DNA of 64,000 nt from the NCBI GenBank assembly GCA_965217775.1, contig CBDCJH010000002.1, positions 672,001-736,000 on the forward strand, written 5' to 3'. This document shows positions 39,283-51,500 of the stretch, piece after piece. Origin of the DNA: Acidobacteriota bacterium (GTDB lineage Bacteria > Acidobacteriota > UBA6911 > RPQK01 > JAJDTT01). Each line of letters begins with the position of its first letter. Positions within the stretch are counted from its first letter, which is position 1. The position numbers were made by a program, and so were the translations under genes. The notes beneath the pieces were generated by a model. That model was given only the letters and a program-made list of their open reading frames with translations, was not told where the DNA came from and did not search any database.

Positions 39283-40806
39283 TCAGTCCTTTCTGTGGAT
39301 CAGTTGTCGATGGCCGGGAAAGACGGGGCTGTCGATCAGCGTGTCGCTCAGGCTCCGGTAGACGGAATAGACCTGCTCGTAGAGTTCCAGGCCGGATCGA
39401 GAAGGAATCCGCCGCGTGTTTTCATCCAGCCGGACGTATCGGTCCACCCAGGTCTCGAGACTCTCCTCTTCGCGGCACCATGCCGCCTGAAGCGCGGCTC
39501 CGAAGGCTGGGCCTTCCTCCTGGGTCAGGGTGACCACGGGACATCCGAAGACGTCGGCTGCGATCTGCCGCCAGACCCGGCTCCTGGAACCTCCTCCGAT
39601 GAGCCGGATCTCGTCCGGCCGGGCGCCCAGCTCCCGGAGGCGGTCCAGCCCGTAGCGGAGCCCCAGCGTGACGCCCTCCATGCTGGCCCGGGCCAAGTGG
39701 CCGGGCCGGGCGGTCCGGGGACGCAGACCCAGGAGCACGCCCGTCCCCTCGGGGACGTTGGGCATCCGCTCACCCTCCAGGTAGGGAAGCAGGATCAGCC
39801 CTTCGGCGCCGGGAGGAACCCCCTCGATCCGGCGGTTGAACTCTTCCAGCGTGTCGGATGAGAACCCGGACCGAACCATCTCGGTGGCCACTGTCACGTT
39901 CATGGTGCAGGCCAACGGCAGCCAGCCTCCGGTGCTGTCGCAGAAGGCCGCGATCTCGCCCTGAGGATCCAGCACCGGAGTGGAACTGTAGCAGTAAAGG
40001 GTTCCGGAGGTTCCCAGGCTGACGGTGACCTTGCCGCCGGAGACGTTGCCGGAGCCGATGGCGCCCATCATGTTGTCGCCACCGCCTGAACTGACCCGGA
40101 CGTCGCCGGGAAGGCCCCACTTGCGAGCCAGGCTCGGCCGCAACTGTCCCGCCGGATCGCGGGCGCCGATGAGACGGGGCAGGCAGGCGCGGAGGTCGCG
40201 TTGGGGATCGAGCCATCCCAGGGCGCGGTCCGACCAGGACCTCCGGGCCACATGGAAGTATCCTGTCCCGGAAGCGTCGCCTGCTTCGGCCGTCTTCTCT
40301 CCGGTCAGGTACAGGTTCAGGTAGTCGTGGGGCAAAAGAATGGAGCTGATCCGGCGGTAGGTGTCGGGCTCGTTCTCCTTGACCCACAGGACTTTGGAGG
40401 CGGTGAAACCGGGGGGCAGACTGTTTCCGATCTCCTCCCTGTAGGTGTCGAGTCCGCCGGCCGCTTCCAGAATCCGCCGGCACTGGTCACCGGTGCTGGT
40501 GTCGTTCCAGAGCTTGGCCGGCCTCAGGATCCGGTCCGAGCCGTCCAGAAGCACCAGACCGTGCTGCTGGCCGGAGACACCGATGGCTCGTACCCGGGAC
40601 AGGTCCGCACCCAGGCCGGCGAACCGGTCCATGCAGGCGTCCAGGGCGTCGATCCAGTCTTGGGGATGCTGCTCCTTGTGTCCGGGAGGAAGTCCCGAAA
40701 TCAAGTCGCAACTCTCGGAACTGGAGACCAGCGATTCGGAATCCGGGTCCCAGCCGACGACCTTGAGGCTCTGGGTACCGCAATCCACACCGAGATACAT
40801 CGCCAC
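39283..40806 (-). CDS. xylB: xylulokinase
   Basis: GVDCGTQS, SGQQHG, LWND, GGGDN, SLGTSGT, GERMP; directly upstream of xylA. Confidence 0.95.
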   Translation of the reverse strand: MAMYLGVDCGTQSLKVVGWDPDSESLVSSSESCDLISGLPPGHKEQHPQDWIDALDACMDRFAGLGADLSRVRAIGVSGQQHGLVLLDGSDRILRPAKLWNDTSTGDQCRRILEAAGGLDTYREEIGNSLPPGFTASKVLWVKENEPDTYRRISSILLPHDYLNLYLTGEKTAEAGDASGTGYFHVARRSWSDRALGWLDPQRDLRACLPRLIGARDPAGQLRPSLARKWGLPGDVRVSSGGGDNMMGAIGSGNVSGGKVTVSLGTSGTLYCYSSTPVLDPQGEIAAFCDSTGGWLPLACTMNVTVATEMVRSGFSSDTLEEFNRRIEGVPPGAEGLILLPYLEGERMPNVPEGTGVLLGLRPRTARPGHLARASMEGVTLGLRYGLDRLRELGARPDEIRLIGGGSRSRVWRQIAADVFGCPVVTLTQEEGPAFGAALQAAWCREEESLETWVDRYVRLDENTRRIPSRSGLELYEQVYSVYRSLSDTLIDSPVFPGHRQLIHRKD

Positions 40807-41021
40807 TTCCTACCGGATCTCATCCTACACTCTACGGGAGTCGTGCGCCCATACATCCGGCGACACGGCGTGCTCTCGCGGAGATTCAGATTTTTGTATG
40901 GTCTAAGTTCTTGTTTTCTATTGGTTTAGGAGAAACGTGGCGGATCTCTGAACCAGATAATTGGATTTTCGCCCGGCGGCTGGATCCGGAGGCGCTGTTC
41001 CCGATACGTGTTTCTGTTTGA

Positions 41022-41070
41022 TATCAAATGGTTTACGGGGTTCCATAGGGTTTTCGGCACGGGACTTGCT
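41022..41070 (+). promoter_or_regulatory. sigma54 (RpoN) promoter with an upstream IHF-like site
   Basis: CGGCACGGGACTTGCT at 41055-41070 matches the -24/-12 consensus TGGCACG-N4-TTGCW. TATCAAATGGTTT at 41022-41034 is a near match to WATCAA-N4-TTR. Confidence 0.7.
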
Positions 41071-41080
41071 AGACAATACG

Positions 41081-41179
41081 CCGAAAGCAGCACTGGGAAG
41101 TGGCCGGGGTTCCATTACGAATTGAGCCTGGGATGCAACTAGTAACTTGGATATTCCCCGGCACCTTCCCGCTGCTTCG
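41081..41179 (+). ncRNA. candidate ~98-nt hairpin sRNA
   Basis: Begins at the predicted sigma54 +1. The arms pair as AAGCAGC/GCTGCTT, GGGAAG/CTTCCC, GCCGGGG/CCCCGGC, TCCA/TGGA and TTAC/GTAA. Confidence 0.5.
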
Positions 41180-41259
41180 TTCCTGACCGCCCCGCGCCGG
41201 CAAAGTCCCTTGAATCCTCCGAGTCCGGGAATTATCGTGCAGACCGCCGGGAGCGGAAG

Positions 41260-41853
41260 GTGAGCGAGGATCTGTACCAGGAAGCTTTGGAGGAATTCGG
41301 CCGCCGGCTCCGCCGGGGGCGGGAAGAGGGGCTGATTCTCCAACCCACGGCCATGACGCTGGCCACGGCGGATGCTCGGGGACGACCCTCGGCCCGAACC
41401 GTCCTGCTCAAGGACTTCGGCCGGGACGGCTTCGTCTTCTACACCAACCGGGAGAGCCGCAAGGGCGAGCAACTACTGTCCAATTCCTGGGCCGCCCTCT
41501 GTTTCTATTGGGACCCCTACTGGGAACAGGCCGTGGTGGAAGGTCCGGTGCAGGAAGTGAGCCCGGTGGAGGCCGATCTCTATTGGGTCACGCGTTCCCG
41601 CCTCAGCCAGTTGGGAGCCTGGGCCTCGCGGCAGTCCCGGCCCCTCGCCAACCGTGACCAACTGATCTCCGACGTCACCGCATACGAAACGAAATATCGG
41701 GGTTCGACCGTCCCGCGTCCGGAGTACTGGTCCGGATTCCGGGTGATCCCGCATCGCATCGAGTTCTGGACCGGACGCTCCTTCCGCCTCAACGACCGGC
41801 TGGTCTACGAAAAGACGGGCCGGGGCTGGACGGTGCAACGACTCTACCCCTGA
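41260..41853 (+). CDS. pdxH: pyridoxamine 5'-phosphate oxidase
   Basis: MTLATAD, PSARTVLLK, FYTNRESRKG, SQLGAWASRQS, RPEYWSG, EFWTG, RLYP. Confidence 0.96.
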   Translation: MSEDLYQEALEEFGRRLRRGREEGLILQPTAMTLATADARGRPSARTVLLKDFGRDGFVFYTNRESRKGEQLLSNSWAALCFYWDPYWEQAVVEGPVQEVSPVEADLYWVTRSRLSQLGAWASRQSRPLANRDQLISDVTAYETKYRGSTVPRPEYWSGFRVIPHRIEFWTGRSFRLNDRLVYEKTGRGWTVQRLYP

Positions 41854-41867
41854 TTGCAAGGGTGTGT

Positions 41868-41945
41868 GCGGGCGGCTTTGGGTCGCCCTCTCCCTGCTCG
41901 GCGGATTGTTTCTCCGGAGTTCGGCGGCTGGAAGCCGCCGCTCCT
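41868..41945. repeat. REP-like palindromes between pdxH and the tRNA
   Basis: TTCGGCGGCTGGAAGCCGCCGCTCCT (41920-41945), plus a degenerate unit near 41868. Confidence 0.6.
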
Positions 41946-42007
41946 CGCCGCCGCTTTAAGTCCGGCCGGCAAACGTGCTAGAGTTCCCTTTCCTGACTCT
42001 TCAGCGT

Positions 42008-42083
42008 GGGGCTGTAGCTCAGTTGGAAGAGTACCTGAATGGCATTCAGGGGGTCGTGGGTTCGAATCCCATCAGCTCCACCA
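42008..42083 (+). tRNA. tRNA-Ala(GGC)
   Basis: GGGGCTG/CAGCTCC acceptor stem with a G3-U70 pair, anticodon arm CCTGA-ATGGCAT-TCAGG, GGTTCGAATCC T-arm and encoded CCA; 76 nt. Confidence 0.98.
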
Positions 42084-42501
42084 ATCCCATCCTGATTCCT
42101 TCCGGATATTTCGGCCGTATCCTCTGAAAAATACCGATTTAGGTCCCCCCGCCTGACACCGGGCGATTCACCGGCCATGTCGCCCTTGGGTGGGATAATG
42201 AGTGCCCGCCGTAAGGTGGAATTCGTCGGATTCAGTGAAGTAGACGGAGGGTGGATCCTGACGGTTTTTTGCTCTTTGATGACGTTGGGACGCGAACCGG
42301 TCACCGTTACGTCCGCGCCGAAACCTCCGTTCACCTTTCAAGCCTACTCTCTCGAATAGTCATTCAAAAATGTCGACCGGCGACCAACCAGCGCAAGAGT
42401 TTTCTATCCGCCTTTTCCTCTCGCACTCCGCTCTCGTCGCAGCTCGTTTCCCGGATGTTTTTTGAGATGGTCCGTGGAGGCATGTCCCCAACGGCCGGAA
42501 G

Positions 42502-45500
42502 ATGAAAAAACGGGACTACCCATTAGGCATCGCGTCAACCTCGGGCGCCCGATGGCGTGGACTGCTCGGGGCTTTCGCGGTTATCTCCCTGCTGGTTGAG
42601 CCGATTCAGACCCAGCAACCACAAGCGGTGGCTGGCGGCGCCTTTGCGAGGAAGGCGGGGCCGGAGGACCCGGCCTTATGGCAGGAGTTCCGGTCCGCTG
42701 CCCGGGTGAGTGTGCGGGACGTTCGGAGGATTCCGGGAGGCGGCCCGTCCCGAGGCAGCGTCCTCCGGCAAACGGCTGCGATGCGCCGGACTCACGGTGT
42801 CGACGGCACCGGGATTGGGATCGGCGTGATCTCCAGTGGCGTAGCGCCGCTGGAGACCGGTGACGCACCCGACGACCTTCTGGACCGGGTGACGGTGCTG
42901 CCAGGGCAAGCAGGAGAGGGCGACGCCGGGATGGCGGCTCTCGGGACCCTCCGTGATCTGGCTCCGGGCGCCGAACTCTACTTCGCGACCGGGTTGGGTG
43001 GGCCGGCGCGGTTCGCGGCCAACGTCGAGGCGCTCTGCCGGGCCGGCGCGGACATCATCGTCGACGAGGTCTTCGACTTCCAGGAGACCATCCACCAAGG
43101 CGGCGTCAAGGCACAGGGGATCGCCCGAGCGGTGCGAGACGGCTGCGTTTATGTCTCTGCTGCAGGGGACCGGCCGGGTGCCGATTCGCGATCCGCCGCC
43201 CGGACGTGCGTGACCGCGACGACTCCGGATTTTTCGACCCTTTGCGGCAGTGCGGCCACACCGGTCCAAGCGTCGGCGCTGGCGGCTCTGATCCTGGAGG
43301 CTGCCGGCGGCCGCCACAGCGTCACGGCAGGAGAACTCCGCGCGGCAGTCTCGGGCGCGGCCCTTCGGATCGCGTCTCCGACCGCCGCGATTGAGGGCAC
43401 GAAACGACCAACGGTGAGCAAGATCGAGATGAGTTCGATTCCTCCGGACGACCGGGAGGTTTACGGCGTCGGCGACTCGATCGAAATCACGGTGACCTTC
43501 AGCGAGATCGTGAACGTGATCGGGACACCCCTTCTGGGGCTGGACGTGGGGAACGTCACCCGGCACGCGGTCTACACCGGTGGCACGGGAACGGCAGCAC
43601 TGACTTTCTCCTACTCCGTAGCCGAGGGCGACGAAGACACCGACGGAGTGAGTCTGGAGGCCGACAGCCTGTCCCTGGGTAACGGAGTGATCGAGGACGG
43701 TTCGGAAAATCCCGCGGTGTTGGGCCACGCGGGATCGGAGGATCAGGCCGGCCAGAGGGTGGACGGCATCAGGCCGTCGCTCGTGACCGGCGATGAGGCT
43801 ACCGTGACCGGGGCCAGACTGACGCTGAAGTATGACGAGCCGCTCGACCGGTCATCGGCGCCTCCGGCCGGGGATTTTAGAGTGACCGTCGGGGGCGAGG
43901 GACGGGAGGTCACCGCAGTCGCCGTGGCCGGGAGCACAGTGGCGCTGAAGCTGGCCTCGCCGGTGGGTCGGGGCGAGCCGGTGACGGTGAGCTACGCCGC
44001 GCCCGCGCCAGGAACGGCGGAGCCGATCCGGGACCCGGCCGGCAACGAATCCACGGCCTTCAGCAACCAGTCAGTGGCAAACCGGACCGGTGAGGCAACG
44101 GATCAGGCCGGGCGGAAACTGTCAGCGAAGACCGCAAAGCAGATACAGGCCATCCTGGCCGCGAAGGCGCAGCGGACCCCCGCCCAGAAAAAGGTGAGTT
44201 CGGAGCTTCTGGACGCGCGGCGGATGGCCGGCGGGGTCATTGTCTCGGACAAGGCCGGCAAACGGGCGGCTCCGGGCACAGACCCCTTGAAGGAGCCGGT
44301 GACGGTGGACATCCGGGCGGACGTGACGCCTGAGGTCCTGGACCGCATCCGGAGCCTGGGGGGCACCGTGATCGACAGCGTGCCGCGGTACCGGTCCATT
44401 CGGGCCCGGCTTCCCTTGGGCGCCGTAGAGACATTGGCGGAGCTCGACGCGGTTCAATCGATCCGCACCGCCGACAAAGCGATGACACGCGGCCCAGTGA
44501 AACGCCTCCCATCGGCCCTCCGGGCGGTCGCCGGAGATCGACCCGTGACCCGCAAGGTCAACACGACCCAAGGCGACGTCGCCCACCAGGCGAAATTGGC
44601 GCGCGACACCCACAAGGTAGACGGCACCGGCATCGGGATTGGAGTCCTCTCGGATGGGGTCGGCTCTCTGGGGGCGCGGCAGGCTTCGGGCGACCTGCCG
44701 GACCGGGTGACGGTGTTGCCGGGAGAAGCGGGTGAGGGGTACGAAGGGACGGCGATGCTGGAGATCGTCCATGACCTGGCCCCGGGTGCGGAACTTTACT
44801 TCGCCACGGCGCTCGGTGGGCAAGCCCGGTTTGCAGCCAACATCGAGGCGCTCTGCGAGGCTGGAGCGGACGTCATCGTCGACGATGTCGGCTATCTTTT
44901 CGAAGGCGCGTTTCAGGACGACATCGTTGCAAAAGGGGTGAACGTAGCGGTCGCCGACGGCTGCTATTTCTTCTCGGCCGGCGGCAACAACGGCAATCTG
45001 AACGACGGCACCGCAGGGGTCTGGGAGGGCGACTACGCTGCGGGGAGTTCCATCACTCTGGACGGAACTACGTTTGTGGCGCACAACTTCGGCGAAGGCG
45101 TCATCCAGAACGAGATCACGCAGGAAAGCGATTTCGGGACCTACATTCTCCAGTGGGCCGATCCGCTGGAGGCCTCGGGTAACGATTACGACCTCTTCCT
45201 GATCGACGAGCACGGCAACGTCCTGGACAAGTCGACCTCCACCCAAGACGGCACACAGGATCCGTTCGAAACCGTCTATTCGGATGAAGCGGATCATGCC
45301 GGTGCGCGGCTCGTCATCGTCAAGACCTCCGGTTCGAATCGGTACCTCCGTCTGGACACCCTGGGAGGCCAATTGGCCGTCGCGACCGCCGGCAACCTTT
45401 ACGGCCACTCGGCAGCGGAGAACGCGATCGCGGTTGCTGCAGTCGGCGTCCACACCGCTGGTGGGACCGGCGGCGTCTTTGACGGAACCGAGTCGGTCCG

Positions 45501-48500
45501 AACCTCCAACTCCGACGGGCCGCGCCGGATCTTCTTCGAGCCGGACGGCACCCCCGTCACGGCGGGAAATTTCTCCTCCACAGGGGGGGATCTGCTGCAG
45601 AAACCGGATCTCGCTGCGGCGACCTGCGTCCGCACGGCGACGCCCGGTTTCTCGATTTTCTGCGGGGTGTCTTCCGCGGCGCCGCACGCGGCGGCAATCG
45701 GCGCCTTGATGCTGGAAGCGGCCGGCGGGCCCGGCAACCTCACGCAGTCGGAGCTGGTCACCGGCATGACCGGGGCGTCCCTCGATATCGAGGCCACCGG
45801 AGTCGACCGTGACTCCGGCGCCGGCATCGTCATGGCGCCGGGCGCCGTGGATGCCGTCGACGTCGCGGCGGCGGACCGCAACGGGGCGCCGACTGAGATG
45901 GGCACTCTGCCCGACCGGACCTTCGGTCCGGGCGACGCCGCCGTGACCATCGATCTCTCAACCAAGTTCACCGATCCGGACAGCGACCCGCTGACCTACG
46001 AGGCACTGTCCAGCGACGACCGGGTGGAGGTCGTTGTCACGGATTCCGATCTGACCGTGACGCCACGGCTGCCCTCGGCGGCCACGGTCTTGGTGCGTGC
46101 CGTCGATCCGGACGGCCTGGGCGCGGTTCGAGACTTCTCCGTCTCCGTCGCGTTGGGGAACCGGGACTACGACGGCGACGACGACAACCTCATCGATGTT
46201 TCCAATCTGGCGCAGCTCGACGCCATACGTTACGACCGGAACGGCGATGGGGTCGTGGACGGAATGAACTGGCAGCCCTATTACGACGCCTTCGAAGAAG
46301 CTGCGGAAAGCATGGGATGCCCCGACCGGTGCATCGGATACGAGCTGAGGAGCGATCTGGACTTCGACACCGACGGGGATGGCGGCGTCGACTCAGACGA
46401 TACCTATTGGAACGGCGGCGACGGTTGGGAACCCATCGGGGACTCGAGCGATCCGTACACGGCGATATTCGAAGGCAACAGTCAGTCCATCGCCAACCTG
46501 TTCATCGACCGGGCCTCGGATGACGGGGTCGGTCTGTTCGGCTATGTCGACCGGGGACTGTTCGGTTTGGCCGAGATACTGGACGTCGATCTGGTCGCTG
46601 TCGACGTCGCCGGCGAAGATCTCGTCGGTGGTCTTGCCGGTGAGGTCAAGGCAGCACTGGTCGTTGGCAGCCGGGCTACCGGTCAGGTCTCCGGCGGAGA
46701 TGATGTCGGTGGCCTCGTGGGCTGGTCTGACAGTCTCATCGCGGACAGCTTCGCCGCCGTCCAGGTGTCGGGGACAGAAGCGGTCGGCGGATTGGTCGGC
46801 AATCAGTTCGACGGCTGGATCATCCGAAGCTATGCCAACGGGGACGTGTCCGGCGACTACGCTGTCGGCGGTCTGGTGGGGTCTTCCAACGATCCGATCC
46901 GGGCTTGTTACGCCACCGGGCGCGTTTCCGGCGAAGGGGTCCGCCGAACGGGCGTGGACAATTGTGAGTTCGGCGGCGTCGGTGGATTGGTTGGCAATGC
47001 CTGCAGCTTGATTCGAGCCAGCTACGCCACAGGAACCGTTTCCGGCAACGCGGTGGTCGGTGGACTGGCCGGCGCCGTCTCTTCCGAGGTCAGGTTTCGT
47101 TATAGCTACTGGGATCTCGAGACCTCGGGCCTGCGCGTCGGGGTGGGCGAGAACGACCTGAACAGCAACGGCCTGATCGACGGTTCGGAAACGCAGATGG
47201 TCGGCCTTGCAGGCCAAACCACTGCCAACCTGCAGGCGCCCACGGATTACGACGGCATCTATGAGAACTGGAACCTGGACGTGGATCTGGACGGGAAGCC
47301 GGACACTCCCTGGGATTTCGGGACCTCCAGCCAATATCCGGTATTGGCCACCGACCTGAACCGGAACGGGAGATCCACGTGGCAGGAATTCGGCTACCAG
47401 GTTCGGCCGGGCTTGACCCTGACAGCGGCGACGACCGATGGCCAAGCCCAAGTGGACCTGAGCTGGTCTGCGGTTTCGACGAGTCCCTGGAGTCCCGCGC
47501 CGGACGTCAGCTACGACCTCATCCGCGACGACGGAACCATGGAAGAGACTCTCGCGGAGGGCACTACGGCGCGCCAGCATACCGATACCGACGTGACCAC
47601 CGGCAATACCTACACCTACCGGGTGACGGCCCTGCTCGACAGCGGTGAAGTGGCCCGCAGCCGGCCGGTATCGGTGATCGTGGGTGAGGCCAGCCAGTCG
47701 CCCGTGGCGGTAGGGGCCTTGGAAGATCTGACCCTGCGAGTAGGTGAGGGTACGAAAGATGTGGACATCTCCGGGGCGTTCATGGACCCCGAAAGCGACA
47801 CGCTGACTTATGGGGCGTCCTCCTCGGCGACGGGCGTGGCCACGGTCACCCGCTCGGCGGCCCGGCTGACCATCACACCAGTGGCCTCGGGCCGGACGAC
47901 GATCACTGCAACGGCGACCGACACGAGCGGCTCCAATACGGCCGCCACGCAGCGCTTCACCGTAGAGGTCTGGTCGGCCACCGAGGTCGACTACGACAGC
48001 GACGAGGACGGGCTCATCGAGATCGCGACACTGGCGCAGTTGGATGCCGTCCGCCACGATCTGGACGGCGACGGAACTCCAGTGGCCAATGGGAAAACCT
48101 CTTACGATGCGGCGTTCGCGGATGCCGTGGAACGGATGGGATGCAGCCGGCTCGGCGGGTGCGTGGGCTACGAACTGGCATCGGACCTGGATTTCGACAC
48201 CGACGGGGATGGAGATGTCGACTCAGGCGATGACTACTGGAACGGCGGCGACGGCTGGATTCCCATCGGTGGGGACGGCTCCATCTTTACTTCCGCGGCG
48301 TTTGCGGCGGCGAATCCGTTCCTGGCGATCTTCGACGGCAATGGGCATACCGTGAGCAACCTGTTTATCGACACCGATAATCCGATTCTAGTGGGTCTGT
48401 TCGGCTATTCCTTTATCGGCATCGGGAACCTCGGATTGATCGATGTCGATGTGACAGGAGCCGAGCTCACCGGCGGGTTGGTCGGTTTCAACCGCGGATT

Positions 48501-51500
48501 AATTCTCGGGTGCTACGTTGCGGGACGTGTTTCCGCGGCCGACAACGTGGGCGGTCTGGCCGGGATGAACTTTTCCGATGGGGCGATTCGCGGCAGCTAT
48601 TCCACAGCCTACGTGTCGGGAGACGACGACGTGGGCGGGCTGGTGGGGGACAACCGCAACGAGATCTCCGCCAGCTATGCCACCGGCCGGGTGTCCGGGA
48701 ATACCGATGCGGGTGGGCTGGTAGGGAACAACAAGTCCGCCGGCGAAATCACGGCCAGCTACGCCACGGGTCCTGCGTCGGGTGACGCCAATGTCGGCGG
48801 CCTGGTCGGTTCCGACGAGGGCGGAACGATCACCAACAGCTATTGGGATACGCGAACCTCGGGCCTCCGTTCCGGGTCCGCCGGTACAGGCAGGACGACA
48901 GCGCAGTTGCAGTCGCCCACAAGTTACGGCGGCATCTTCCGAAACTGGAACCTGGATTTGTACGGAGACGACGACAAGGATGATCTCTGGGACTTCGGCA
49001 CGTCCAGCCAGTACCCGGTCCTTTCCATTGACGTGGACGGAAACGACGACACGACGTGGGAGGAGTTCGGCTACCAGCTTCGTAAGGGACCGGTCGTGAC
49101 GGCGACGTCCACGACACGGTCCCCCGACCCGGCCCAAGTGGTGGTGACCTGGACCGAAGTGGCTGTAAACAGCGAGTGGATGCCGGCGCCGACTGTGAGC
49201 TACACCGTGACCCGCGTCGACGGCGACACCGTCGAGACCCTGGCGGAGGACCTCTCCGTGCGGACGTACACCGACTCCGACGTGACGGCCGATGAAGACT
49301 ACACGTACCAGGTCGCGGCGGTCGTCTTCGGCGGAGAAGCAACGCGTAGCGCAAGAGTCACGGTGAAGGCGCGAGGCAACGGGGCGCCGATGCCGGTGGG
49401 GTACCTGCCGGACCGGACGTTGCGCGTGGGCGACTCGGCCATGACGGAATTTTCGGGGGCGTTCCAGGACCCGGAGGGAGACGCGATCATCTACGGGATC
49501 TCGTCGTCGGATACGAGTGTTGTCCTGGTCACCCGTTCGGGGACGCGTTTGACGATGACTCCCGTCGGCGAAGGGGATGCCGTCATCACGGTGACGGCCA
49601 CCGACGACGGGTCCAACCGGAGTTCGACCCAGGAGTTCAAGGTGGTGGTGCTCTCGACATCCACGACCGACTACGACACCGACGACGACGGACTCATCGA
49701 GATCAGCAATCTGGAGCAGCTCGATGCGGTCCGTCACGATCTGGACGGGGACGGTCTTCCGAGCAGCGGATATGCCACGTATATCGCGGCGTTCTCCGGC
49801 GCCGGCGATGAATTGGCCTGCGGCGGCCTCTTCGGGTGCGTGGGGTACGAACTCCGCGCCGATCCGGACTTCGACACCGACAACAGCGGCGCCGTCGACA
49901 GGGGCGACAACTACTGGAACAGCGGAGCCGGGTGGGTGCCCATCGGTGACTCATCCAGCAGCTTCGCGGCCATCTTCGAAGGGAACGCGCGGACCATCAC
50001 CAATCTGTTTATCGATGGTAGTGGAAACGACGTCGGATTGTTCGGTGAGACCACGTCGTCCGCAGTCATCCGGAACCTGGAGATGGTCGCGGTCCAAGTG
50101 ACGGGAACGGACCAGGTCGGCGGTCTGGTGGGTTCCAACAATGGCGCCGTCAGCGGGTGTTTTGCCACGGGTAAGGTGTCCGGCGACGACGATGTCGGGG
50201 GCCTCATCGGAGCCAACCTGAGTGACGGGGCCGTGACCGTCAGTTACTCCACCGTCCACGTGACGGGGGACGACCGCGTCGGCGGGCTGATCGGGTCCAA
50301 CAGCGGAGTCGTGACCGCCGCCTACGCGACGGGCCGAGTCGTGGGGGATTTCGAGGCCGGAGGATTGATCGGCCGGAACACCGGTGACGTCAACATCAGC
50401 TATGCCACCGGTCTCGTATCGGGCCGCAGCACCATCGGTGGCCTGGTTGGCCGCAACAGCGGGGGCGGCAGGATCACCGACAGCTATTGGGACAGCGACA
50501 CCTCGGGGCGCACCACGGGATCCTACGGCCAACCCCAGAACACGTCAGCGTTGCAGATGCCCACGGACACCAGCGGCATCTATCAAAACTGGAACGTGGA
50601 CCTGAACGGCGACAGCATGAACGACGACCCCTGGGTCTTCGGAACCTCCAGCCAGTACCCGGTCCTGTCGGTGGACACGAATGGGGTCGGCGGGGCGACG
50701 TGGCAGGAGTTCGGCGAACAGATTCGAAACAGCCCGGCCCTGATGGCGACCCCCGCGCTGGGCCAGGTGACGCTGACCTGGTCCGCCGTTTCGAATGTAA
50801 CCTACAACCTCTACCGCACCTCCGGAAGCACCGTCGAGATCATCTCCGAGAACACTTCAAGCCGCGCATACGTCGACACCGACGTGACCGCCGGCGCCAC
50901 CTATGTCTATCAGGTGGCGGCCGTGATCAATAGCGGCGAAGCGAGCCGAAGCATGCGGGTTTCGGTGGTCGTGCCGATCCCGGATGTGACGGATCCGACG
51001 GTCAGCAAGGTGGAGATCACGTCGGACCCGGGATCGGATTCAACCTACGCGCTCCGGGATGTGATCGAGGTGACGGTGACCTTCAGCGAGGACGTCTTCG
51101 TGACGGGGTCGCCGGAGTTGACCCTGAGGGTGGGGGACGAGGATCGAACGGCGGACTACCAGAGCGTTACCGACGAGGAGATGTTGTTCCGCTACCGGGT
51201 GGACACCGGCGACGTGGACACCAACGGCGTCAGCATCGCGGCGAATAGCCTGTCGGTCAATGGAGGGACCATCGAGGACGGATCGGACAACGAAGCCGAT
51301 CCGGATCATCGCGCATTGGGGAACAATTCGCGGCACAAGGTGGACGGGATCAGGCCGGAGTTGGCGCCGACGCGCGGGGCCGTGGTGAATGGGACGACGT
51401 TGACGCTGACCTATACCGAGCCTCCGGACTCGACATCGATGCCGCCGTCCAGCGCGTTCTTCGTCTCGGGGGGCGCTTCGTCGCGCACCGTTTCTGGTGT

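Noticed and set aside
41081-41179. Hairpin as SRP (4.5S) RNA or 6S RNA
   Set aside because: It lacks the SRP domain IV CAGG...GGAA...AGCAG apical arrangement on either strand. It is also too short for 6S and has no central bubble.
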